Source: Rubripirellula sp. (GTDB taxonomy: Bacteria; Planctomycetota; Planctomycetia; Pirellulales; Pirellulaceae). From it: a stretch of 64,000 nucleotides of DNA. This document shows positions 10,162 to 20,686 of the stretch, piece by piece (the stretch's first letter is position 1; the number at the start of each line of letters is the position of its first letter). Location of the stretch: the NCBI GenBank assembly GCA_965216875.1, contig OZ244207.1, positions 1,696,001-1,760,000 of the forward strand, read 5' to 3'. The translations under genes were made by a program, and so were the position numbers. The notes beneath the pieces are model-generated. The model was given only the letters and a program-made list of their open reading frames with translations. It did not search any database and was not told where the DNA came from.

Positions 10162-10572
10162 CTACCAGAGAGGTCGGCGTGTTTTGGGGAATCCCCAGCT
10201 TTCCGCTAAAGCGTCGGCAGCCTTTTCGCGATCAGTAATGTCGCCCCAACCGCCATTTCGCAAAAAGGCGTGAGCGAGTTCATGTGCGATCACATAGAAC
10301 GCGAAAGCTTCATCGCAGGTTGCGAGTTTCGGCCGTAGGATCACACAGCGACTCGCACTTCCGTCCGGCTTGGGTAGGGACATGTAGAGTGTGAAACCGC
10401 GGCCTGGTTCGTAGGTCTCCGGGGCGATGCGAAAGGTCGGGTCGCTCAGGAAGTCCGAACGAACCTCATCGGGAAGCTGCTCAATCACACAAAGGACGCG
10501 CGCACGAAGACGGGGGTCGTTGTCGAGCGATTCGATCTTGCTTGCGAAGAGGAGTTCGATTTCGGCGGCCAT
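10162..10572 (-). CDS. Small HExxH zinc-metallopeptidase-like protein
   Basis: IAHELAH followed by EKAAD. Confidence 0.7.
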   Translation of the reverse strand: MAAEIELLFASKIESLDNDPRLRARVLCVIEQLPDEVRSDFLSDPTFRIAPETYEPGRGFTLYMSLPKPDGSASRCVILRPKLATCDEAFAFYVIAHELAHAFLRNGGWGDITDREKAADALAESWGFPKTRRPLW

Positions 10573-10581
10573 TTCAAATGC

Positions 10582-11226
10582 TCACGCGCCTGGCCAATCG
10601 GGAAGGTCGTCCAGGACCGCATCCCAGGTTTTTGAGTTTCGCAAGACTTCGACCACACTCGGCAATGGCTTGGCAAAAACGCCGGGCACATCACATTCTC
10701 CAGGAAGCTCCGTTGCAAAGGCAAGTTGTTCCTGCGGAGGACAAAACTGGGCATCGACATCTTCGCGATTTCCGCGCGGGTCGACGCGGTACCAACCGAG
10801 GTTTCGCAAATGGACCGCGCAAAGACCGTGCAAGCAGTACGGGGTGTCGGGACCATCGACATGCAATCGTTGGTATGCCAACCCACTGGGAACGCCGCAA
10901 GCGCGAAGGAGCGCACAGAGCAGGTGACTCTTGGCGTAGCAATATCCGGTTCGGTGCTCCAACACTTCCGATGCCGCGCAGGTGACGGGGTTGAGTTTGT
11001 AGTCGCTGCTATGGCGTATCTCGTCGCGCACCCACTCGAAACACCGAAGTGCGGCCGTTTCATCCCCCAGGCCGACGCCACCCAGCTCGAGTGCAAGCGA
11101 CTTGATCGAAGGGTGCCTCCAGTCGATCACGTCGCAAGTACCCAGGAATTCTCGCGGGTCCGCGTCGCCGTCGTCCGAAGCTGCTGTGTGGTGAAATGTC
11201 AACGAAGTCCTCGATTCCGATTGCAA
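10582..11226 (-). CDS. Transglutaminase-like family protein
   Basis: GYCYAKSHLLCALLRA, LHG and WYRVDPRGN give a Cys-His-Asp triad. Confidence 0.88.
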   Translation of the reverse strand: MQSESRTSLTFHHTAASDDGDADPREFLGTCDVIDWRHPSIKSLALELGGVGLGDETAALRCFEWVRDEIRHSSDYKLNPVTCAASEVLEHRTGYCYAKSHLLCALLRACGVPSGLAYQRLHVDGPDTPYCLHGLCAVHLRNLGWYRVDPRGNREDVDAQFCPPQEQLAFATELPGECDVPGVFAKPLPSVVEVLRNSKTWDAVLDDLPDWPGA

Positions 11227-11372
11227 TGTCTACCCACTAGACGTTGACCCGCCTTGTGGGCCAGATGGCAAGTAGCAGGCTTGAAAAGAAGACGCCGATC
11301 ATCGCGCCGGCAACAGCGCCGATGGCGAGCCCTGTGTTTGACGACGTTGGAGGCTTGGACGGTCGAAGTTGG

Positions 11373-12170
11373 TTATTGAACTTTGAAATCAATCACCCGG
11401 ACTTTGTCGAGAACGGGCGAAAGGATGTCAACGAACTTCATGTGTTCGTCGTGGGGAAGGTAGGCGTTGCGGTCGGCTTCGTTTGCAAAGGTGACGAGGA
11501 AGCAGTGCGTGAAGCCGTCGTCCTTCATTTCGGGGCTGTTGTTGATGCCGAATTCGAAGCCTTTGATCAGATCGATTTTGCCTTTGAGGGCCGCGAACTC
11601 CTGTTCGACCTGCTTGATTTGTTCGGGGGTGGCGTCGTCGTTGAACTTGAAGAAGACGACGTGCTGGATTGCGTCCTCAAGTTCTTCGCTATCCGGCGTC
11701 GCCCAGTAGTCGATCACAAAGACCTTTTTCATTTGGGGGCGTAAAACATCCGCAAACTCGCCGGAGTGGGCTGGATGCGGGATGTAGTCGTCGCGGTCCT
11801 TTTCCGACGCGAAACTGAGGATGAAGCAGTGGGTGAATCCGTCGTCGAATCCTTCGGTGCTATTGTTGGTTCCCCACTCAAACTTGGTGATCGTGTCGAT
11901 CTTCTCTGGCAAGGACGCGAAGGCGTCGGCCACACCTTGGACCTCTTCCTCGCTCGATTCGTCTTTGAATTGGAAAATCACAACGTGTCGCAGCACTTGG
12001 CCGGTGCGATCGACAGGTTCGGTCGCTTCCGTGGTCACGGTGGTCTCCGTCGTTTCGGGGGTCGTTTCGTTGCTGACCGATGTCGTCGATTTGCCGCAAC
12101 CGAAAACGAGCATCAGGCCGACCAGTGTTGTGCCGACCAGTGCGGCGAAAGGCTGGGTGCGAATCATCAT
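11373..12170 (-). CDS. Dabb (stress-responsive alpha/beta barrel) family lipoprotein with two tandem domains
   Basis: Lipobox VFGC. HVVxFxF...FExGxNNS...GFTHCF...YxPHxxH occurs twice. Confidence 0.9.
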   Translation of the reverse strand: MMIRTQPFAALVGTTLVGLMLVFGCGKSTTSVSNETTPETTETTVTTEATEPVDRTGQVLRHVVIFQFKDESSEEEVQGVADAFASLPEKIDTITKFEWGTNNSTEGFDDGFTHCFILSFASEKDRDDYIPHPAHSGEFADVLRPQMKKVFVIDYWATPDSEELEDAIQHVVFFKFNDDATPEQIKQVEQEFAALKGKIDLIKGFEFGINNSPEMKDDGFTHCFLVTFANEADRNAYLPHDEHMKFVDILSPVLDKVRVIDFKVQ

Positions 12171-12444
12171 TGTGTAAGCCGTCGGTAGGAGGGATGGGGC
12201 AGGAACTAGTTTAGGGGATCGTCCGAGGCAGGGTCAGGTGCCTGGATGGCCCCAACGCTCGCTTGGGCAGACTAATCTCTCAAACCCGCACACTTTTTCC
12301 ACACCGGTTCCCTTCGCTGTCCATTGCCATCGGACACGATTTTTGCCGAGTGAAACAGCAATTGACGCTCAGACGCTTCACCTGTTGCTAGCGCGTGTTT
12401 AACGTACTTGCACCTGTTCGACGACGCTTCTTCTTTCGCGATGG

Positions 12445-13383
12445 ATGCCGATGACCGCTGACGACTCCTTTGAAGTCCCTACTGACACCGAAGACGAAAC
12501 CAAGACTGAAACAACCGAAGAGCCCCAGGCCGAAGCGGCCGCAAGCGAACCTGAATCGCCTACGATCGACGACGTCGCTTTTGAAGATAACGAGGAGCTG
12601 ATCGAGCTCGCTCAACCCTTTGTGGGTCAGTGGAACACGCTGATCTCGAAAACCAACTGGGAAAAGGGCCGGATCATTTCAGAGTGGCGTGCTGCCTTGA
12701 TTGAATCGGGTGCCGACGTGACTCAATACTCGGATGACGCGTGGGCTCGACGCGTCGGCGGGGTCACCGCACCTCACGTCGGTCGTTTGCGTCGCGTCTT
12801 CGATCGATTTGAATCGACTTTCGAGTCGTACGATGGCCTGTTCTGGAGTCACTTCCTTGCCGCGCTCGATTGGGACGACGCCCCCCTTTGGCTCGAAGGG
12901 GCTTCGAAAGAAAGCTGGAGCGTTTCGGGGATGCGCGAGCAGCGCTGGCAGGCACACGGTGCCGTCGATTCCCAACGTCCGACCAACAGCCAGATCGTCG
13001 AAGTGGACACAGACGAAGACGTGACGTTGCCCGCCCAAGGCGGTGGTCGCACCAAAGAATATGGTGACGAACCGAGTGACGTCGCGAGCGGACCACGGCA
13101 CGAAGACCCCGACTTTGGCGACGAAGAAGAACTCTCGTCGATGGGAAGTGCCGCTCCCACCGCAACCGCCGGCAATCCCGTTGCCGAAGCCGAGGACCAA
13201 GAGGTCGCTGCGTCGCCGGTGCAACCCTTCGCGGGGCTGCCGGAACTACCCGATGACTTGGCCGACGCCGTCGAAGCGATCAAGCTCTCGATCTTGCGTC
13301 ACAAGACAGGCGGCTGGGAATCGACTGACGCCGAGACGATTCAAGAGTACCTCGACGCGATCGGCGTCCTGCTGCGAAGCTAG
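12445..13383 (+). CDS. Acidic hypothetical protein with a DUF1016-N-like helical core
   Basis: WEKGRII, RLRRVF, LFWSHF and WSVSGMREQR pattern, with acidic low-complexity flanks. Confidence 0.7.
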   Translation: MPMTADDSFEVPTDTEDETKTETTEEPQAEAAASEPESPTIDDVAFEDNEELIELAQPFVGQWNTLISKTNWEKGRIISEWRAALIESGADVTQYSDDAWARRVGGVTAPHVGRLRRVFDRFESTFESYDGLFWSHFLAALDWDDAPLWLEGASKESWSVSGMREQRWQAHGAVDSQRPTNSQIVEVDTDEDVTLPAQGGGRTKEYGDEPSDVASGPRHEDPDFGDEEELSSMGSAAPTATAGNPVAEAEDQEVAASPVQPFAGLPELPDDLADAVEAIKLSILRHKTGGWESTDAETIQEYLDAIGVLLRS

Positions 13384-13404
13384 GTTGCCCGCCCGCAAGA
13401 AACC

Positions 13405-13687
13405 CTCGTTCCCACGGTCCCCGTGGGAACGCACTCTTGGGACGCTCCGCGTCCTCCTTGTAGGTCATGCTCCGCACGGCACGCACATCCGCGTGTAAGG
13501 CCCGAAATGTAAGGCCCGACGCTAGCGCGTTCGGCTCACTGGCGCGTTTCAACACTCTCCCAAGGGAGAGCCGGGCTCTAAGGCCCGGAGAGGGTTTGTT
13601 CTTTGCAGACTTTTCCCTCCCCGGACTTTGCGTCCGACCCTCCCGCAAGCGGGAGGGTGATTGTTGGAGCTAGCGCGTTCGGCTCAC
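13405..13687. repeat. REP mosaic (families D, E, B and the 117-bp family G element at 13551-13667)
   Basis: CTCGTTCCCACGGTCCCCGTGGGAACG, GTAGGTCATGCTCCGCA and GGCCCGACGCTAGCGCGTTCGGCTCAC. The 117-bp unit recurs at 22930-23046. Confidence 0.88.
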
Positions 13688-13868
13688 TGCGTCGCGGTGG
13701 CGTTCACTTGGCGACTTATCGGGGCCGATCACTACCGTGTTTCGGCACAACGGTGGGCCTTCGCGATCACATCGATCTGCCTCCAGGGGGCCCCTCGTCA
13801 ATTTTGCTGCGGTTGGCTATTGTCTAGCATCAGCGAGAGACCAACCCCTTTCCCTGTGGTTCACTAAT

Positions 13869-14996
13869 ATGACTCAAGCAAAACTTGCTCTTGAAGACGG
13901 GACTGTCTACACCGGCGAGGCGTTTGGAGCCGAAGGTGAAGTGACCGGCGAGGTGGTATTCAATACCGCCATGACCGGGTACCAAGAAATCCTGACCGAC
14001 CCCAGTTACTGTGGCCAGATCGTCACGATGACGTATCCGGAAATCGGCAACTACGGCGTCAACTCGATCGACGTCGAACACGAAGCCCCCTCACTTTCGG
14101 GCTTCATCGTACGCGAAGAAAGTCGCATCTACAGCAACTACCGTGCTGAAGGCGACCTCAGCAGCTACCTCAAAAAACACAACATCCTGGCGCTTGCGGG
14201 GATCGACACCCGAGCCCTCGTTCGACGGATTCGCACTCAGGGTGCGATGCGCGGAGTGATTTCGACGATCGAGCAGTCGGACGAAAGCCTCATTCAAAAG
14301 GCCAAGGACTCACCAGGCTTGGTCGGGCGTGACCTCGTTCGCGAGGTGATGTCCAAGGAGATTCGCCAATGGGACGAATCACTCGACGAGTGGACCGAGG
14401 CAGAGATTGGAGGAGCCGCAGCGGCCGGTAACGGTGCTCATGTGGTTTGCATCGATTTCGGCATGAAGTGGAACATTCCACGTCACTTCGCCAGTCGGGG
14501 AAATCGGGTCACGATCGTACCGGGTGACTGTTCAGCCGATGATATCCTTGGCTTGGAACCCGATGGGGTCTTCCTTTCCAATGGTCCTGGCGACCCCGAG
14601 CCGCTCGACTACGCTCACAAGACCATCGCATCACTGATTGGCAAAGCACCGATCTTTGGGATCTGTCTCGGCCATCAGTTGTTGTCTTTGGCATGCGGTG
14701 CCAAGACCTTCAAGCTCAAGTTTGGTCACCGCGGCGTCAATCAGCCTGTGCTTGAATTGGCCACCGGCAAGATCGAGATCACCACCCAGAATCATGGTTT
14801 CGCAGTCGAAGAAGACTCGCTTCCTGATTGCCTCGAAGTGACTCATCGAAACCTCAATGATGACACGGTCGCTGGTGTTCGCCATCGCAGTGAGAACGCT
14901 TTCGGGGTTCAGTATCACCCCGAAGCTGCATCGGGACCGCACGACAGCCACTATCTGTTCAAGCAATTCCAAGAGCAGATGAAGCTGACGGTCTAA
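13869..14996 (+). CDS. carA: Carbamoyl-phosphate synthase small subunit
   Basis: LALEDG, GEVVFNTAMTGYQE, SNGPGDP, GICLGHQ and QYHPEA. Confidence 0.98.
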   Translation: MTQAKLALEDGTVYTGEAFGAEGEVTGEVVFNTAMTGYQEILTDPSYCGQIVTMTYPEIGNYGVNSIDVEHEAPSLSGFIVREESRIYSNYRAEGDLSSYLKKHNILALAGIDTRALVRRIRTQGAMRGVISTIEQSDESLIQKAKDSPGLVGRDLVREVMSKEIRQWDESLDEWTEAEIGGAAAAGNGAHVVCIDFGMKWNIPRHFASRGNRVTIVPGDCSADDILGLEPDGVFLSNGPGDPEPLDYAHKTIASLIGKAPIFGICLGHQLLSLACGAKTFKLKFGHRGVNQPVLELATGKIEITTQNHGFAVEEDSLPDCLEVTHRNLNDDTVAGVRHRSENAFGVQYHPEAASGPHDSHYLFKQFQEQMKLTV

Positions 14997-15009
14997 GGGC
15001 CGGTTTAAC

Positions 15010-15286
15010 GTGAGCCGAACGCGCTTGCGTCGGGCCCCATCAGCAGTAGCTACGCTCGCCAGAGCGTGGTGTTTTAGAGGACGACCTTCTAACGCATTCC
15101 ACCTTCTGGCGAAGGTAGCTACGCAGGTATCACGCTACTTTCGCGGAGCGAAAGGCGACAGACACTGAGCCGAACGCGCTAGCGTCGGGCCTTACACGCG
15201 GATGATCGTGTCATGCGAAGCATGACCTACGGGGAAGACGCGGAGCGTCTGAAGAGTGCGTTCCCACGGAGACCGTGGGAACGAGG
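15010..15286. repeat. REP mosaic B-A-C-B-E-D between convergent genes
   Basis: B at 15010 and 15166, A doublet at 15046-15122, C (CTACTTTCGCGGAGCGAAAGGCGAC) near 15136, E and D in reverse orientation. Confidence 0.9.
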
Positions 15287-15304
15287 AACGCGGGGAGGCG
15301 TCGA

Positions 15305-17020
15305 TCAGGTGTCGATCAAATCTTCGGGGGACAAGATCGGGACTTCGTTTTCTTCAGTCTCTTGCTTCTCGCGCCACGCTTCGTTTTTGCGATAGCTTTC
15401 GAGTTCAAGCTCAAGCTGATCGAGTTGGTTGTGTTCTTCCTGTTTGCCAAGCTCGACCGCTTTCTCACTCCATTTGACCGCGTTCTCGAAATCGCCGGTT
15501 TCGGCGTAACCTGCCGCAAGCGTGCTGAGGATGTGAGCTTCCTTGAACTCCGTCAATTCAGCTGCTTTCTGACCCAATTCAAGCGCCCGTTTGCCGTCGC
15601 GAACAGAATCGTTGGGTGAGGTCGACAGGACCCATGCAAGGTTGTTGAGGATGCCAGCCAAGTCGACGGCGTCTTTCCTTGCTTCGTCGTTGAAGTCTTC
15701 GACGGTCTTGATGGCACGTTCGTAATCGGAAATCGCCTTCTGGTGGTCGCCAACACTCAACAGGGCGTCACCCCGCGATCGCAGCACGTTCGGGTTGTTC
15801 GGGTTGCGATCGAGCATTGAGGAATAGACATCGATCGCTTTCCTTGGACGTTCGTCGCGAAGATAAAGATTCGCAAGCTGGATGCTCCGCGCCTCGTTGT
15901 TGGGGTCTCGTGAAACGAGCAGGTTCATGTCGTTGATGGCGTCTGCCATGCGACCTTCTTCGACCGCGATCAGGCAACGCACAAAGATCGCTTGGTCGCC
16001 ATTTCCGATGTTCGGATCGAGTTTGATCGCTTCTCGTAGATCGCGTTTGGCCGACTTGATGTCTTCGCGGAAAAGGGAGATCTCGGCTCGCTGAAGCAGC
16101 GAATGAGAGTCCTTGGGTTGCAGTGCCAGCGCCTTGTTCAGGTCGCCCAGAGCCTCTTCCTCTTTGCCTTCCATGCGGTACAGGATCGCTCGCAAGCGAT
16201 ACAAGCCTTCGCTTGGCTTCTTCTCGATTGTCTTGGTCATCAACTCGAGTGCTTCGGGCACATGATTGAGGTCGACCAGCTGACGGACGGCAACTTCAGC
16301 AACGCGCGTGTTGTTGGGGTCTTGAGTGAGGACGTGCTGCAAGTCGGCGACTGCACCATCAACATCGCTGTTCTTCAGGCGTAGAGCCGCACGCGCTTGG
16401 TAGGCCTCGAGATTCGTTGCATCCTTTTCGGCTGCGGCGGTGAGGTCGGCCATCCGACTCTCGTCATCTTCACGCGTTAGTGCGCGAAGCACGTAGGCGG
16501 CGCTTTGTTCGGACGGGTCATCTTCAAGAAGTTCGATTGCCTTGGTGGTTGCTTCTTTGATCGCTTCCATGTCGCCGCCGGGCAGCAGATTCAATCGTGC
16601 GATCAGGAGGTATGCGTCGACCAGGTTGGGGTCGTTGGAAATCGCCTTGTCCAAATTGCTAAGTGCTTCGTCTCGACGGCGCAGCTGTTCGCGGCCACCA
16701 ACGGTCAGCATCGATCCGGCAATCTGTTTGGCTCGCTGAAGCCGGACGCTTCCGAGCATCTTCTTGGCGAACGAACTGTTCTCGTCGTCGAGTCCCTTCT
16801 TGATTGCGGATTCCAATAACGCCGCCACCGATTCGAGTTGATCTAGCGACTTGGCGTCGATTCGTTGAATCACTGCCGAATCAAGGTCGGCTTGGCCCTC
16901 GTTGGACGATTCGGTTTTTTCGGCTGCTTCCGAGTCAGCCTGTTGTGCAAACAGGACAGGGGCGGGGGCAAGCAGCAGGCAGGCGACCACTGCGGATGGA
17001 AGGATTTTGGCGACACGCAT
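15305..17020 (-). CDS. Secreted tetratricopeptide-repeat protein
   Basis: Signal peptide, many TPR repeats and a C-terminal NNLAW...RDG...TLAAGYAETGDF motif. Confidence 0.9.
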   Translation of the reverse strand: MRVAKILPSAVVACLLLAPAPVLFAQQADSEAAEKTESSNEGQADLDSAVIQRIDAKSLDQLESVAALLESAIKKGLDDENSSFAKKMLGSVRLQRAKQIAGSMLTVGGREQLRRRDEALSNLDKAISNDPNLVDAYLLIARLNLLPGGDMEAIKEATTKAIELLEDDPSEQSAAYVLRALTREDDESRMADLTAAAEKDATNLEAYQARAALRLKNSDVDGAVADLQHVLTQDPNNTRVAEVAVRQLVDLNHVPEALELMTKTIEKKPSEGLYRLRAILYRMEGKEEEALGDLNKALALQPKDSHSLLQRAEISLFREDIKSAKRDLREAIKLDPNIGNGDQAIFVRCLIAVEEGRMADAINDMNLLVSRDPNNEARSIQLANLYLRDERPRKAIDVYSSMLDRNPNNPNVLRSRGDALLSVGDHQKAISDYERAIKTVEDFNDEARKDAVDLAGILNNLAWVLSTSPNDSVRDGKRALELGQKAAELTEFKEAHILSTLAAGYAETGDFENAVKWSEKAVELGKQEEHNQLDQLELELESYRKNEAWREKQETEENEVPILSPEDLIDT

Positions 17021-17323
17021 GGGTTGAACTCGTTGCGGTAGAAGGCTTCCGTGTTGGGCAGGCTCTCACATCCGCGTCCATACGTACGGGAGCCAAGGGT
17101 GGATCGGCCTGAACCGAACACCGTCGTCTATTATGACGATAGCGGTTGGAAAAGCGTAGATGAGTTCAGCGAGGGCTGAGAAGACGCAAAAACCGGGAAA
17201 TCACACGATCGGTAGGGTGTGTGCTTGCACGCACCAAGGCCATTGCCGGGCCATTGTCCGATCGTTTACCGGTTTGCGGTTGATGACGAGGGAGTTGGTG
17301 CGTGCGAGCACACACCCTACTTT

Positions 17324-17788
17324 CTAGGAGTGAACCGGTTCACGTAGCGATTCGATTTCGGCCTTGAGAGCCGCGTTTTCTTCTTCAAGGGCGCGGTATT
17401 TGTCGAGCACGACGTTGAAGTCGTCGGCAGCTTCCTGCCAGAAGTCACCCGTTCGGAACTTGATCTTGGTGGGCAGGTCTCCCTCGGTGATCGACTTGAT
17501 CGCCATCCGCAATCGATACATCGGCCCGGCGAATCGGTTGCTGAGCTTCAAGGTGTCGCGGAGGAACAGCGGCATCAGCAGGAACATCACGCCGAGCGTC
17601 TTGGTCTGACTCATCGCAGCCGCTTTGATCGCTTGGCCGAACGACATTTGGCCAGCAGCCATCAGCAGCGCGACCATGATGTTGATCGCAACCAGGCAAA
17701 CCAGCAGGAGGGTCCAATGCCCGATGATCCGACCAGCAATGGACCACTGCACGGCTGGATCGACGAGGATTTTGGATCGCTTCGACAT
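17324..17788 (-). CDS. Membrane protein with two TM helices, a HAMP-like segment and a coiled coil
   Basis: Two hydrophobic helices, then SNRFAGPMYRL...FRTGDFWQEAADDFN. Confidence 0.75.
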   Translation of the reverse strand: MSKRSKILVDPAVQWSIAGRIIGHWTLLLVCLVAINIMVALLMAAGQMSFGQAIKAAAMSQTKTLGVMFLLMPLFLRDTLKLSNRFAGPMYRLRMAIKSITEGDLPTKIKFRTGDFWQEAADDFNVVLDKYRALEEENAALKAEIESLREPVHS

Positions 17789-18073
17789 TTGAATATCGCT
17801 TTAGGAGAAGGGCACCACAGAAAACCGTCCTCGAAAACTTAGCTCGAGTTCTTCGGGGGGGCCGCAAGTATCAAAATGGTTTTGGCCGATTCTCGGTGCA
17901 CCGTCCAGCGCGACGATGCGGCCTCCCTCACAATCGATACAACCCGACAAATCAATCCAATTCGGTCTCGAGCGTTCCAGCGCGTCTCAATGTGCCGATT
18001 GAATCACTTGCATGAGGATGCACGGTTTTTGCGACCTTGGTGAATAACGGAATTGGTGATGACTTCCCGCTTG

Positions 18074-19426
18074 ATGAAACGTCGTTTGATCGCAGTAGCA
18101 GCTGCTGCTGTGGTCGCAGCAAGTGGTTCGGCAACCAGCTTTGCGGCAGATGTGCACGGCAGCGTCAATCAACTTGGTCGTCTGTTTGGCGCCGGATGGG
18201 GTGATGGCTATCACGCCTGCGAGAGCTCCGGCTTCCGACTTGGCGCTGACCTGCCGCCAAAATCGTATTCTCAGCGCAATCGAGGTCCGTCCCGAATCAA
18301 ACGCGCCGCCCAAACCTTCTACGACCACTTCGATGCGGGCCGCAGCTACCGGCCGTGCGACGATGTTTCCTGTGATTCGGCGCCGCTGATCATCAACGGA
18401 TCCCAGGTGATTCAGCAGCCGAAGGGGTGGACGCCGAGCCAGGTGACCGAAGACCCGGGCGCACCGAGTGTTCCGACGCCAGCACCGCGCCCTGTTCCCG
18501 CGCAGCCGGAACGAATCGAGATTCCGTCGCCTGTCGTTCCACCGGCGCCTGAACTCGATCAGGCGACCAAGAACGTGGATCAACCGCCGCGTTCGGTCAG
18601 CCAACCGGAGCGTCGACGGGGCCGGCTGCCGAGAGTCACCAAGAAGACTGAAACGCCGCCAGCTGTCGTCGCCACGGCAAAGCCCGTCCGCCCCGCTGCA
18701 CCGGTCACCGCGCCACGTCCGGAATTTGAGTTGATCGAAGCGGTCGCCGCTGCGGCGCGCCACCGTCAACTCGATGTGGATCGCTACGGACCCGACGGGA
18801 CGCTGATCTCGACCACGCCTCACGACATCGATCCGGTCCATCCAGGCTATGACTACGCCAGTCGCACGCAACGATTGCTTCGTGAGGCACTCGGCGACAA
18901 CTTCGTGATGCCCAAGCGAGCCAAACGGACGCGGGTGGCCACTGAGCCTCGCACACCGTCGCAGGCCCCCGCGCGGAGGTCGGCATCGAACGCGCAGAGG
19001 TCGGCATCGATCGAGTCGCCGTCGAAACCGGCCGACGCTTTGGTGATGCCAGGCTTCGCCGTCACTCAAAACCCACCCTCGGTCAAGCCAGAGTCAGTGA
19101 AACGCAGGCCCGAGTCAGTAAAGCGACCGGCGTCAGCGGTGGTGCGGATCGAGGAGGTTGTGGACCGCCGGCCTTCGTATGCGAGGCAGTTGCCTGAATT
19201 CACCGTCAAACGCGAAGCTGGATCCTCAGCCGCCGGCTCCTATGCCGAAACGCCGCTCGCTTTTGATTTGCCCGCGCCCGACGAAGCGATTCGAATCGCT
19301 ACCTCCGATGCACATCGTCATGCGAACGATCGAGTTTCGAGCGGCCAATCGCTTCCTCGGCCCGCCGTTGAACTGGCTGAACGTCCGCCGCGAGCCGGTT
19401 CGCCGGTCATCCGTCAGCCGCACTAG
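18074..19426 (+). CDS. Secreted Pro-rich hypothetical protein
   Basis: Signal peptide MKRRLIAVAAAAVV...SFA, short globular segment GWGDGYHAC, then Pro/Arg-rich low complexity. Confidence 0.65.
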   Translation: MKRRLIAVAAAAVVAASGSATSFAADVHGSVNQLGRLFGAGWGDGYHACESSGFRLGADLPPKSYSQRNRGPSRIKRAAQTFYDHFDAGRSYRPCDDVSCDSAPLIINGSQVIQQPKGWTPSQVTEDPGAPSVPTPAPRPVPAQPERIEIPSPVVPPAPELDQATKNVDQPPRSVSQPERRRGRLPRVTKKTETPPAVVATAKPVRPAAPVTAPRPEFELIEAVAAAARHRQLDVDRYGPDGTLISTTPHDIDPVHPGYDYASRTQRLLREALGDNFVMPKRAKRTRVATEPRTPSQAPARRSASNAQRSASIESPSKPADALVMPGFAVTQNPPSVKPESVKRRPESVKRPASAVVRIEEVVDRRPSYARQLPEFTVKREAGSSAAGSYAETPLAFDLPAPDEAIRIATSDAHRHANDRVSSGQSLPRPAVELAERPPRAGSPVIRQPH

Positions 19427-19675
19427 CTCAAGCTTCTCCGCCCAAAGGCGAGACGACGAATCCGAGCTCTCGCCGGGACCCGAGCGCCCTTCCGCGCGGA
19501 GGCGGGGCAGCGATCACGCACGCTCTGAACGCGTCGCAGTTTTGCGCTGGTCTTGACAGTTTTCGCCGACCACGTCATCACTCTGGCGAAATCAGTCTTC
19601 TGACAAACAAACTACTCGCGGCCAAAGGGTCGCAGATCGACTTTGGGTCGATCGAACCGAAGGAGTTCCGCAGCC

Positions 19676-20137
19676 ATGCAACGTACACTCGTCTTGCTCA
19701 AGCCCGATTGTGTTCAACGCCGCTTGATGGGTGAGATCATCTCGCGTTTTGAAACCAAGGGTTTGAACATCGTCGCCATGAAGATGTTGCAAGTGACACC
19801 CGAATTGTCCAAGCAGCACTACGCCGAGCACGTCGAAAAGCCGTTTTATCCGAGCCTGGAGAGCTTCATCACCTCGGCACCTGTAGTCGCCATGGCAATC
19901 GAAGGCCTCGAAGCGATCTCGGTCGTCCGCGACATGCTTGGTGCCACCAGTGGTTTGAAAGCCGCCGCGGGAACGATTCGTGGTGACTACAGCAGCAGTC
20001 GACAAATGAACTTGGTGCATGCCAGCGATGGCGAAGAGGCGGCTGCGAGAGAGTTGCAGCTCTACTTCAATGACAACGAGTTCTGTGATATCGATCTCGT
20101 CCTGACGCCATTTATGCGAGCAGGCGACGAATCCTAG
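19676..20137 (+). CDS. ndk: Nucleoside-diphosphate kinase
   Basis: RTLVLLKPD, GTIRGDY and NLVHASD. AAGGAG RBS. Confidence 0.98.
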   Translation: MQRTLVLLKPDCVQRRLMGEIISRFETKGLNIVAMKMLQVTPELSKQHYAEHVEKPFYPSLESFITSAPVVAMAIEGLEAISVVRDMLGATSGLKAAAGTIRGDYSSSRQMNLVHASDGEEAAARELQLYFNDNEFCDIDLVLTPFMRAGDES

Positions 20138-20239
20138 AATCGTCGCCTGATGGTTGGCGTGTTTTGAAGCATGTGCCTGACCAGATGCTGGCGTCGCGCT
20201 CGGCGACGTCAGCCGTCACAGGCAAGATGAGAAGTCGGC

Positions 20240-20479
20240 CTAGCGGCGATTCTTCTTCTCTTCGGCCGCTGCAGCACGTTGGGCGGCTGCTTCCAGCGGA
20301 AGCTTGAATTCAGGTCCCGAAGGATAGTACTGAATGTCATCCTGCAAGTAGTACGGACTTGGCAGGGTCTGACCATTGACCGAAACTTGGCAACCGGTTG
20401 CGGAAACCAAGCAACATCCAGCGGTCAGTGCTAACGCAGTTACTTTGATCGTGCGTCGAAGGTTTGGTTTGCGGCTCAT
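20240..20479 (-). CDS. Small putative lipoprotein
   Basis: Basic N-terminus, hydrophobic stretch, ATGC lipobox, then GQTLPSPYYLQDDIQY. Confidence 0.75.
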   Translation of the reverse strand: MSRKPNLRRTIKVTALALTAGCCLVSATGCQVSVNGQTLPSPYYLQDDIQYYPSGPEFKLPLEAAAQRAAAAEEKKNRR

Positions 20480-20686
20480 CGTTGGTTGCCTTCGCAGTTC
20501 GGCTGCTTTTTCCGATAGTGATCTGGGTGCAGAAAGAGTCGTACTGGGCGACTCTTGACTGTCGTCACAAACGGTATCGACCGAACAACCGTTACATCTT
20601 CACTCGCGAGCCAATTTTTTTGCAGAAGAGCTTTCCAGTGGGGAAGCCCGCAAATGCTAGCGAGCGGTTGTCCGGACTCAGATTCA

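Noticed and set aside
12332..12347. Sigma-54-like GGACACGATTTTTGC
   Set aside because: The invariant -24 G is replaced by A.
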